A DNA stretch of 44,773 nucleotides. It comes from a virus. Shown here in pieces: positions 32,278-40,420 of this stretch. Position 1 is the stretch's first letter, and each line of letters opens with the position of its first letter. The position numbers and the translations under genes are program-made. The notes under the pieces are model-generated. The model made no database searches. It was not told the DNA's origin and was given only the letters and a program-made list of their open reading frames with translations. Location of the stretch: IMG/VR virus record IMGVR_UViG_3300024992_000010, one strand, 5' to 3'.

Positions 32278-32594
32278 CACCTTCTCCTTAGTAATTGATG
32301 AGCAATCCGGTCCAACTTTTCATTGAACTCGCGCATCGTTTCGCGATTTTCCTGACTCGTCTCCCTCTGATCTTGCCGGAGAGATTTGATATCATCTTCC
32401 AGCCGCTTATTCGTCTGTTCCTGATAAACCTCACCGCGCTTGATGCCTGTGAGGTCATTCTGGATCGTGTTGTATGTGGCTATCCCAGACGCCAACAATC
32501 CGCTGATGCTCAGGATGCCGCTGAGCGTAAGTGTGAAGTTGGAAGCGCCCTTGCGATGCGGCTTTTCATCTTCCACTTTTTCTCCATTTACCAT
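32277..32594 (-). CDS. Single-TM, coiled-coil membrane protein (i-spanin-like or class III holin-like)
   Basis: 105 aa. Charged N-terminus, TM FTLTLSGILSISGLLASGIATY, highly charged helical C-terminus. Confidence 0.55.
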   Translation of the reverse strand: MVNGEKVEDEKPHRKGASNFTLTLSGILSISGLLASGIATYNTIQNDLTGIKRGEVYQEQTNKRLEDDIKSLRQDQRETSQENRETMREFNEKLDRIAHQLLRRR

Positions 32595-32609
32595 TTGTCA
32601 TCGCCTTTT

Positions 32610-33233
32610 TTATTGCACCCTGGAATCGAATTCCCGCATCAGGGCCTCGAATAAGTACGTCGGCGTGCCGTTTCGAGTTCCGCCCGAGATCCCATCCCGC
32701 ATGGAAACCGGCTTGCTTGCATTCCGCGTGGCTAATTCCCGCATGGCTTCTGCCTGCGCCCGCAACAACAGTAGGCCACGATCACCCTGCGCAACCGTCG
32801 TTTCGGCTGCATCGGCGGATATGATGTGAGCCGCGAAATAATAAAATTTGTAGATCGATCCCAACATGGCAATCTGGTGTGAGGTAGGAGCCGGCAACAA
32901 ATACAATTCGCGTACGCCGCCATTCACTGCCAGGCGCACGTTCGGCAAATACCCTGTCCAGGAACGTTCCCAGGGACGCGAGGTGCGGCCCACTCCCCAC
33001 AATGCCGATTTGAACATCAGGATATCCACCGGGGCCGCATAAGCCTGCTGATCAGCCACCAGGGCAAGCGTCCCGAGCAGCGTGCGCGGGCGCACCCGTC
33101 CCATATCCTGCGCGGCTGCATCCAGCAGACGGCGAAAATCTCCGCCATCCTCAGCCGTGAATATCTCGGATGCATCGTGCAGGCTCTCGGATAGATCCGA
33201 GATCAGCTCCGCGCGCGACATGAGCTCAGGCAT
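32610..33233 (-). CDS. Head-completion/adaptor candidate (assigned by position)
   Basis: 207-aa ORF downstream of the capsid gene. Confidence 0.35.
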   Translation of the reverse strand: MPELMSRAELISDLSESLHDASEIFTAEDGGDFRRLLDAAAQDMGRVRPRTLLGTLALVADQQAYAAPVDILMFKSALWGVGRTSRPWERSWTGYLPNVRLAVNGGVRELYLLPAPTSHQIAMLGSIYKFYYFAAHIISADAAETTVAQGDRGLLLLRAQAEAMRELATRNASKPVSMRDGISGGTRNGTPTYLFEALMREFDSRVQ

Positions 33234-33235
33234 GA

Positions 33236-33580
33236 CTAGGATTTAACTTCGGCGCGTTTGAGTATTTCTTCTGAAACGGCGCTCAGAACACCCTTGCGAG
33301 GAGAACTTGAAAGCTGCTCGAGTTCGCCGAGCCGCTCCAGATCGGTATCGGATAATCCCGGCAGAGCTGATGCCACGTCAGACACATTCGATTTCAGAAG
33401 GTCTGCCAGGGGATCGGCAGGCGGTTCTTCAGGCGACTCGACTGAAGGCGCCGGCCGCAGATTATGCGGGACCTCATGCTCGTGAAAATGCCGGGTCTCA
33501 CCCGGCAGAATCATCGAAGTACCGACATAGATGGGCATGCGGGTGTTGTTGTGAACGGGGGTTTTCATGGGATACCTCAT
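33236..33580 (-). CDS. Hypothetical small protein after the capsid gene
   Basis: 114 aa. Acidic and Pro-rich in the middle. Helical C-terminus. Confidence 0.45.
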   Translation of the reverse strand: MRYPMKTPVHNNTRMPIYVGTSMILPGETRHFHEHEVPHNLRPAPSVESPEEPPADPLADLLKSNVSDVASALPGLSDTDLERLGELEQLSSSPRKGVLSAVSEEILKRAEVKS

Positions 33581-33596
33581 ATGCTATATGACTGAA

Positions 33597-33618
33597 GAAC
33601 CCGGCAGCTTCCGGGTTC
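33597..33618 (-). terminator. Hairpin 19 nt after the capsid stop (attenuator/terminator candidate)
   Basis: GAACCCGG-6 nt-CCGGGTTC is a perfect 8-bp stem. The T-tract is weak. Confidence 0.45.
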
Positions 33619-33636
33619 ATGCTGTTTGCATTACGA

Positions 33637-36222
33637 TCAACGGGAGACGCGCGCGGTAGTGCTGAACAGGGCGATGGAGGTGTAAGCCCCCTTCAACTGT
33701 GTCGGCGTATGCAGCACAATAAACTGATCGCCGTACGCCTCTTTCTTGCCGGTGAAGCGGCCATTACTGTCGCGCTGATCCTGCAGCTGTCCCATGGCCC
33801 AGGGCTTCATCATCCGGTAGCGCGTCTGGCCCCGTTCGCCGATGATGATGCGCTGGTCACCCATCGCCAGGCCTGGCGCAGTGGTGCGGAAATTGGGAAC
33901 ATCCTTGACCCGTCCGAGATTGCCTGAACCGTCCAGATCGGTACCGTTGCGTTGGCCTATCTCGACAAAGCTGCGTGCCTGTTCGATCTGTGTGCGAACC
34001 GTGCCGGACATGAGGCCGAAATTGGCCATGTAGTAGCGGTCGGACTCGATCACATTCTTGCGCAGGCCGTAGCGGTACAGGAAACTGTCCCAGAACAGAT
34101 CGGTGGCCACGGACCCTTGATCGGTATCGAATTTGTACACGTTGGTGGTGTAGCTATAGGTCGCCACGATCGCATGGGTACTGGTGTTCGGGGAAGGCAC
34201 GCCGAGCTGGTTGACGAAGTGGATCTCGCCCAGGTTGTAATCCATCCAGTAATAGAGGCCGGCTGATTGTGTATTGGTACCGTCATACTCGGTTATCGTC
34301 ACAGCGTTGCTCTTTACCGTGATCGGATACAGCGTGGTGCCTACCTGGTTGCCCTGCAGGTCATAAATCTTTTTCGGGCGCACAACGGGAAATTGCGCCA
34401 GAGGCCAGATGCTCTTGGTACCGTTGCCGGTGCCTGCAGCCTCATTGACCACATCGCTGGTTGCATACTGATCCGACGCATTGAGTATCTCGTTGAAGAT
34501 AAAGCGTTCACCGTCCTCTCCGATAATGCGGGATGCATTCCGTGCGTTTTCCGATACGGCGTCCCAATCGAGCTGTCCGTTGCTGGTCAGGTAGCGCAAC
34601 TCGTCACTCACCTCGAACGCTATTTTTTGAGGGAGCGGATAAGCGGTTTCGCTGGTTTGCTTTACCCCGGCACGCGGAATCGATCCACCTTCGTAAACCC
34701 GGGTGCTGTTGATGCCGGCGGCGCTGGTATCGCGATAGCTGTAAGGAATCAAGGCCGAGGCAGAAAAAGGCAATGTGCCGGCATTCACGAATTGCAGTCC
34801 GATCATGTTATAGAGCGCCTCGCGTATCACCGTGCGCTCGAAAATTGCCGGAACCGCGACGTCGGAAACGACTCCATCCCCGGCCGCCAGCAATTTATGC
34901 TCCGCATGCAATTGCGCGCCGTTTGCGACGTCGAACTCCGCCAGAACCTTTTCGGCAAAATCCTTGTTCACCGCCTGCAGCTGACCACCGGTATTGGAGA
35001 ACCGCCGCGCGGCCGGCATGCCTGACAGGCCGAGACGCTTGTCTGCCGACTCCTGCAGGGCCTTGACCTCATTGCCGGAATCCACAGCGATATGCACTCT
35101 GCCGGCGGGCCACTGGAAACCCATGCCAGCCAGCTTTTTGGCTGCGGCAATATGATTTCCTTGGGAGATCTGCAATTCAGCCAGCTTCTTCACCTGATCC
35201 GCTGTCATTTCCGCGGTAATCAGGTCCATCGCAGTTTCTGCCAGCTCTTTCCTCGTGCCCTCATCCAAGGACGTGGCGGCGTTGATCGTATCGGTCAGCA
35301 GCTTGACGTTGCAGGCGCGTTTCTCGGAAAACTTCCTGGATTCTTCCGCCTGGCGCGCAGTCTCATCCGCCATGAGTTTTCTCACATCATCGGCGATCAA
35401 TCCTCCCGCAAGATTCGGAACTTCGATCGATAGCTTGATATCCTTCTCCCCGGCTGCGCGGGCGGCGTCGATCTGCTCGCCGAGCTTCTTGCCCGATTCC
35501 GCGAAGGCATCCATCAACAGCTTCGCCTTGACCTCATCGGTCACGGGCTGCACGGCTGTCTCGAATGCGGTGAGCAACTGAACGCGCATCGGCTCGGAAA
35601 GCGCCACGATGGCGGCGAGCGCCGCACTCAGAATTTCGGATAATTTCTTATGCATGACTTGAATCTCCTGTAATAAAGTGGATTGCAATTCGGGATGAAT
35701 CAGCGTGGGAACATCCCCATCGCTGGCTTCGGATAGTTGGATAGGATCGAGCCGCTTGACCACCGGGCGCGTCACCAGTCCGGCACCCATCATCACGGCG
35801 CCGTGCTTTTGTCCGCTCTCGTTGTCCTGGAAATTTTCGTTGTACTCGATCGAGCTGTAGGCGTAGCCCTTGTTCTTGATGGCATCGATGCCATAGGGAG
35901 TCCATTCCACCTGGGCACGCAATCTGTCGCCTTCCAGCTTCAGCTGCAATACCTTGCCCGCAGCGCCATTGTCGGGTTTGTGGGAAACATCGTAGAAGAT
36001 GTCCTGCCCATATACGCGCTTATCGAAGTTCTCGACAATCTGCCCGAGCATATGGCGGCTGATCTCGAACTGGCCATAGCGGGAGTCGCTGAATGTGCCG
36101 GTGCGAGTCACAGTCACCCAGCTCGTCTTTTTCCCTTCCTCCAGCGTCACATGGAGTCCGGACAGGAATCTCACTGTCCCGGTTTGGTTTTCCGACAATC
36201 GGATGATTCGCAGCGATAGCAT
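33637..36222 (-). CDS. Prohead protease (Mu gpI-like) / scaffold-like coiled coil / major capsid protein in one ORF
   Basis: 861 aa. The N-terminal ~170 aa resemble the Mu-like prophage I protein. Aa ~190-400 are Ala/Glu/Lys-rich coiled coil. The C-terminal ~450 aa are capsid-like. GGAGG Shine-Dalgarno. Confidence 0.65.
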   Translation of the reverse strand: MLSLRIIRLSENQTGTVRFLSGLHVTLEEGKKTSWVTVTRTGTFSDSRYGQFEISRHMLGQIVENFDKRVYGQDIFYDVSHKPDNGAAGKVLQLKLEGDRLRAQVEWTPYGIDAIKNKGYAYSSIEYNENFQDNESGQKHGAVMMGAGLVTRPVVKRLDPIQLSEASDGDVPTLIHPELQSTLLQEIQVMHKKLSEILSAALAAIVALSEPMRVQLLTAFETAVQPVTDEVKAKLLMDAFAESGKKLGEQIDAARAAGEKDIKLSIEVPNLAGGLIADDVRKLMADETARQAEESRKFSEKRACNVKLLTDTINAATSLDEGTRKELAETAMDLITAEMTADQVKKLAELQISQGNHIAAAKKLAGMGFQWPAGRVHIAVDSGNEVKALQESADKRLGLSGMPAARRFSNTGGQLQAVNKDFAEKVLAEFDVANGAQLHAEHKLLAAGDGVVSDVAVPAIFERTVIREALYNMIGLQFVNAGTLPFSASALIPYSYRDTSAAGINSTRVYEGGSIPRAGVKQTSETAYPLPQKIAFEVSDELRYLTSNGQLDWDAVSENARNASRIIGEDGERFIFNEILNASDQYATSDVVNEAAGTGNGTKSIWPLAQFPVVRPKKIYDLQGNQVGTTLYPITVKSNAVTITEYDGTNTQSAGLYYWMDYNLGEIHFVNQLGVPSPNTSTHAIVATYSYTTNVYKFDTDQGSVATDLFWDSFLYRYGLRKNVIESDRYYMANFGLMSGTVRTQIEQARSFVEIGQRNGTDLDGSGNLGRVKDVPNFRTTAPGLAMGDQRIIIGERGQTRYRMMKPWAMGQLQDQRDSNGRFTGKKEAYGDQFIVLHTPTQLKGAYTSIALFSTTARVSR

Positions 36223-36333
36223 GATGACCTCCGTTGGGGTCCGTGCCGCGGGCGATCAGAGGAAGGGCGAGCGAGCCAGCTGCTGATTACCCGCGGTGGA
36301 CTGATCGGGATAATCGGGTAAAGCTCAAGACAT

Positions 36334-36352
36334 AAACAGGGAGGATCACGGC
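36334..36352 (-). promoter_or_regulatory. Conserved intergenic element, copy C (diverged)
   Basis: AAACAGGGAGGATCACGGC shares the 13-nt core plus CGGC with copies A and B. It lies between a terminator and the capsid gene. Confidence 0.5.
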
Positions 36353-36429
36353 ACGTAAATGCACCAATGCCTGCTATAGCTGAAGCAGCAAGGAGATAGA
36401 GATGGCGCTAACAGGGCGTTCACAGGGTT

Positions 36430-36448
36430 ATCCACAGAAAATGTGGAT
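36430..36448. promoter_or_regulatory. Inverted repeat containing a consensus DnaA-box sequence
   Basis: TTATCCACA (36428-36436) and ATCCACA-gaaaa-TGTGGAT. The half-site resembles the origin iteron core CGTGGAT. Confidence 0.4.
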
Positions 36449-36460
36449 GGTATGGGCAAT

Positions 36461-36489
36461 AAAAAAGCCCGCCTCGAGCGGGCTTTTTG
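36461..36489. terminator. Bidirectional rho-independent terminator
   Basis: AAAAAAGCCCGC-ctcga-GCGGGCTTTTT, 16 nt after the stop at 36505. Confidence 0.85.
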
Positions 36490-36504
36490 GCGATTGAAGT
36501 GGGA

Positions 36505-37011
36505 TCAGGCGGGTTCGTGAAGGAGCGCCTTGCGCACGCCGAAGGGGTCGCCTGTATCGAATCCCTCCAATTCGATTTCGGCAAGCGGCACCTTGAGTGC
36601 CTTAGCCTGTGATATCGCGGCAGCCAGCACCTGGTGGCAGGCGAGTGCGTAGCCGCTTCCCGGCTTCCCCAGGCCGCGCTCCTTCGCGACATAGACCATG
36701 TTGTAGATGATCGACCAGTAATGTTGCCAATCAGCCGTTACGCGGGGTGCCGTGGGGGAAAGCTTGCCGCTGGTCGCCTGGTGCCCAGGTTTCTTGCGGC
36801 TCAGCAGGACATTCGTGTCGAATCCTTCCAATCCAATTTCCGCAAGCGGCACGTCCCACACGTCCGCCTCCGAAATTGCTGTCTCAAGTAACTGATAGCA
36901 GGCAAGGCCGTGATCTCCTCCCCGGTCTTCCAGCCCGCGCGTCTTCGCCACCCGGATCATGGCGTTCGCTATCGAGGCATAGTCATGTGCCAGCCTGGAC
37001 TCTTCACTCAT
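36505..37011 (-). CDS. Internally duplicated small protein (two ~85-aa repeats)
   Basis: ATG at 37011 with a GGAGGAG Shine-Dalgarno. 168 aa. Both halves contain ...ACYQLLETAISEA..VPLAEIGLEGFDT / ...ACHQVLAAAISQA..VPLAEIELEGFDT. DNA segments 36557-36591 and 36818-36852 are about 85% identical, 261 nt apart. Confidence 0.6.
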   Translation of the reverse strand: MSEESRLAHDYASIANAMIRVAKTRGLEDRGGDHGLACYQLLETAISEADVWDVPLAEIGLEGFDTNVLLSRKKPGHQATSGKLSPTAPRVTADWQHYWSIIYNMVYVAKERGLGKPGSGYALACHQVLAAAISQAKALKVPLAEIELEGFDTGDPFGVRKALLHEPA

Positions 37012-38341
37012 TCTTTCGCTCCTCCAGAATACCACGCAGGATATCGATGTGTTCCCGCTGACGCCGGATATCTTCCCTCCATCCTTCTATCAGCCCGTCC
37101 CGCTCACGCGGATCCATATCATTGTAATTCTGTGCCTTGGACAGTGGATTTGCAATCCAGTTTTCATGGGCTGAAATCTGTTTTTCGATTTTGCGTATCC
37201 CCTTCAGCAGTTGCCTCTCGCCTTGCTGGCGATAGCTTTTATACCATCCGTTATGCCTGCCTCCAGCTTTTGCGGTCTCGTACGCGGCGGCAATGACTGC
37301 TCCCTGCTTGGCACGCCCTCGAATTCCAGCCTCGAATGCCTTGGCCTTGTTGGCGCCCAATACCCCCTTGCGCTGCTCGGGGGTCAGCCGTGCCAGCGCC
37401 TGCTCCATCGTTTCCTTGCCTGCCCGGTCCGCCTCCGTGATTTCATCCTTGAATACGATTTCCACGTAGGAGAGCGTATTTGGATGGGCTGGCCATGGGC
37501 ATTTTTCCCGGCTCGGATAAACCCCCGGTCCCAGTCCGTACAGATTGGCGGTGGCATGCAAGTCGCAGATATCAGGTTCAGGATGTGCTGGGGATAACAG
37601 GAAGCGCACCCCGGCAGTGTCGGGATGATCTAATGCTCCGGCGATGTAGGCTTCGCCGTGGGCCCGGTTGATCTCGGTGCGCATCAAGCGCATGGCGTTA
37701 TCCATCGGGCTGCCGGTGCCGGTCAGCACGCTCGCAACCGTTTTACCGATGCGGGCGCCCTCGGCGGCCTTCATTTTATCGGCGAGTTCCATCGGCACCG
37801 ACTGTCCCCGCATCAGCAGCTCACGTGCGGCCTGCACTGCACCATGGCCCTCGATGACTGCCATTTCAATTGCGTTGATCACTACGTCGCGCGCATGGCG
37901 ATCGAGCCTCCATATCCGATCGGACAACTGCAGGCCATCCTCGGCTATGAAAGTGCGCACGAAACGCAGCGCCTCGTCTGATATTCGCATTGCCGCGGCT
38001 GAACTCAACATCGCCTCCGACTGCACCCCGGCGCCGGCAGCGGTCAATGGCGCGGTACCGAAGCGCGCCGCATTCTCAAGCCCATTATCAAGCAACGCAT
38101 GGCGCGCGGATGCCAAAGACCTCAGCCGTTCATTCACCTGCGTCAACACGTCCTGCAGCTGGGCCAGGGCAATGTTTCCATCTCCTCCACCAGCTGCTGC
38201 AATGCGCGTGCGCAGATCGGCGGCAGCCTGCTGATAGAGTTGCTGAAGTTCCCGCAGCGCATCAGCATCGAGCCTGTCCATGGAGCGTTGCGCGGTAACG
38301 GTGGCGCGCTTGATGGCGGCTTGAACCTGCCTATCGGCCAT
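37004..38341 (-). CDS. Head morphogenesis protein (Mu F / SPP1 gp7 family) with a ~130-aa C-terminal extension
   Basis: 445 aa. MRLMRTEINRAHGEAY and CDLHATANLYGLGPGVYP are Mu-F-like. The C-terminus ...HNGWYKSYRQQGERQLLKGIRKIEKQISAHENWIANP...WREDIRRQREHIDIL lies beyond the domain. Confidence 0.75.
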   Translation of the reverse strand: MADRQVQAAIKRATVTAQRSMDRLDADALRELQQLYQQAAADLRTRIAAAGGGDGNIALAQLQDVLTQVNERLRSLASARHALLDNGLENAARFGTAPLTAAGAGVQSEAMLSSAAAMRISDEALRFVRTFIAEDGLQLSDRIWRLDRHARDVVINAIEMAVIEGHGAVQAARELLMRGQSVPMELADKMKAAEGARIGKTVASVLTGTGSPMDNAMRLMRTEINRAHGEAYIAGALDHPDTAGVRFLLSPAHPEPDICDLHATANLYGLGPGVYPSREKCPWPAHPNTLSYVEIVFKDEITEADRAGKETMEQALARLTPEQRKGVLGANKAKAFEAGIRGRAKQGAVIAAAYETAKAGGRHNGWYKSYRQQGERQLLKGIRKIEKQISAHENWIANPLSKAQNYNDMDPRERDGLIEGWREDIRRQREHIDILRGILEERKNE

Positions 38342-39908
38342 TGTATGTCATCAAATAGCGCGGCATTGGCGTCACGTCATCCACCGCCCCGATATTCGGG
38401 GGGTTGTAGAATCGCTTGCCGTTGAAGTCTTTTCTTCCAAGATGTCTTCCGGAGCGAATAAGGCGGGGGGAGCGCGGCCGGAAATTCGAATCTAGCAGCG
38501 GATCAGCGATTATCGTGTTGGTCAAGATGGACGCACGATCCGCACTGTCATATCCATGAATGCAGTTCGTATCTCCGGTAAAGCCTGTGACGTCTGGGAA
38601 AATGTCCACTCCATATTGCCCGCGTCCTTTAAGAATATTGTTCGTTACTTCCCCGTTCTTGCAATTCGGGAAGGCAGTTATCTCTCCATTGTTGCGAATC
38701 CCTGATGGTCCCAGATTATTATTTGTCAGGGTGTTGTGGTACACCAAGATGCCGTGCGCGGAAGCCATGACGACTCCGGAAGCCTGATTTTCGTACGCAA
38801 TATTTGCCTCTAAAAGATTTCTGTCTCCCAGATTGCAAGAGATCCCCGCGCCGCCGTTCCGCCAGCATTTATTCCTGCGCACGGTCGAATCGTCCGCACA
38901 ATTATCCAGAGCAATGCCATGCCCTTCGACAAAAGGCGAGATAGGATCATTGATGTTTTCCCAGGCCTCGTTATCTTCAATCAAAAGGTTATAACAGCGA
39001 CCCCAGAAATACCGCACATTTTGCGTTGCCGGGTTAGTGACTGAGTTCAGATTGACGTACAGATTTCCACCCGCGACCCCAAACTCTCCCGCCGCTGGGG
39101 TGGCAGGGGTGACGGTATTCTTCACCAGGCGGCCGTAGCCATTCACCCCGCTAATCACGTAATAAACGTCCGTTTGGTAGGCCGCGAGTGCGCGATACCA
39201 GACAAGCCCGGATTGCGTCCAGCCTGAGGTTGTAAATTCTTGCAGTCGATACTTCGAAGAAAGGCCGTGACCGCCTGCGGGCGCATTGAATCCATTACCC
39301 CAGAATTTGCACCTGCGAACGGTCACGTCATGAGCGCCGGCGATCAGCATCCCATGGACGGGGTTATTTCCGTACCCGCAATCCTCAAAAAGATAATCGC
39401 CAGTATCGCCAGTTGAGGTGTCCGTTCCACCAAAATGTAGGCCGGTGCCCCCGGCCCCGGGCGCCGCGTTCATAAAAAAACAACGACGAAAAGCGTGCCC
39501 CGAGTTCGGAGTTGCCCCGCTCGCGAAAAGATATAGGGTGTACGTCGCACGGTTCAGCGCGTCGAAATATTGGTCCTCCATGTCCACATAGCTCCTGCCG
39601 GACATGTTCAGGATGTAGGCGTTGTTCATCGGCCCGGAGGGCGGCGGCGTCCATATTGCGTATGGCACCTGTGAAACTCCATAGACGCCCCATTTTGTAC
39701 GGTTCGTCGTGCTCGCCCCGGACCCTACCGCAACGTTCGCGCTTGAGGCGACCTGTTGCTTCCCGCGTCTAAAAAGGTATAGATCTCCCTGCGCAGCGCC
39801 CGGAAAACCGGAATTCGCAAAGGTATCGTAACTCTGCTTCGGTTTGTCCTGGCTCTTTCCTGTGTTCCCGTCGGAGCCTAAATCCGAATCGAAATACCAT
39901 GTCGTCAT
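38331..39908 (-). CDS. Right-handed parallel beta-helix protein (polysaccharide lyase/depolymerase-like)
   Basis: 525 aa. N-terminal WYFDSDLGSDGNTGKSQDKPKQSY. Repeated N-x-x-x-N/G-I turns (IEDNEAWEN..., VRRNKCWRNGGAGIS, ANIAYENQASGVV, VYHNTLTNNN). Confidence 0.65.
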   Translation of the reverse strand: MTTWYFDSDLGSDGNTGKSQDKPKQSYDTFANSGFPGAAQGDLYLFRRGKQQVASSANVAVGSGASTTNRTKWGVYGVSQVPYAIWTPPPSGPMNNAYILNMSGRSYVDMEDQYFDALNRATYTLYLFASGATPNSGHAFRRCFFMNAAPGAGGTGLHFGGTDTSTGDTGDYLFEDCGYGNNPVHGMLIAGAHDVTVRRCKFWGNGFNAPAGGHGLSSKYRLQEFTTSGWTQSGLVWYRALAAYQTDVYYVISGVNGYGRLVKNTVTPATPAAGEFGVAGGNLYVNLNSVTNPATQNVRYFWGRCYNLLIEDNEAWENINDPISPFVEGHGIALDNCADDSTVRRNKCWRNGGAGISCNLGDRNLLEANIAYENQASGVVMASAHGILVYHNTLTNNNLGPSGIRNNGEITAFPNCKNGEVTNNILKGRGQYGVDIFPDVTGFTGDTNCIHGYDSADRASILTNTIIADPLLDSNFRPRSPRLIRSGRHLGRKDFNGKRFYNPPNIGAVDDVTPMPRYLMTYNGR

Positions 39909-39910
39909 TC

Positions 39911-40411
39911 TTAATCACTCACGAAGTGAAGAACTCGAAAGTATTCCAGTGTCAACACTTCGCCCGCATTCGCCCTCTGTCCTATTATCTCGACAGTAAC
40001 GTTGACTGAAAAATCTATGGTGAAGGTCTGTGGGGTGCCCGATCCGGCAACGGCGTAACCGCTGTCATACGGCTGAATCTGTGATTTGAGTGAGTTGCGA
40101 TTTGACAGTACAAAGAGCGGAGCCTCTCTCGTCGATGTGGTACGAGTCGCTGCGTAGACCGTGACACCGGCTATTTTGATCTTTAGAGTTTTGCTGTTCG
40201 CACTCGACGGAAACGTCCATAGCGGTTCGATCTGAAGGATAGAATTTTCACCTAGGACGCCCGCTGCGATGGTAAATGACGCCAGCGTTTCGTCAACGCT
40301 AGTAGAAGCGCAGGATAAGGGAACGGACGACCCGGCCAAAATCTCAATTGGCCGGGTAACAAACGGAATATATTTCGACGGAACCTGCTCGAGTTGCATG
40401 GCGTTACTCAT
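39911..40411 (-). CDS. Hypothetical beta-rich protein
   Basis: 166 aa. GAGGAG Shine-Dalgarno. Looks lower in GC than the flanks. Confidence 0.5.
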   Translation of the reverse strand: MSNAMQLEQVPSKYIPFVTRPIEILAGSSVPLSCASTSVDETLASFTIAAGVLGENSILQIEPLWTFPSSANSKTLKIKIAGVTVYAATRTTSTREAPLFVLSNRNSLKSQIQPYDSGYAVAGSGTPQTFTIDFSVNVTVEIIGQRANAGEVLTLEYFRVLHFVSD

Positions 40412-40420
40412 AAAATCTCC

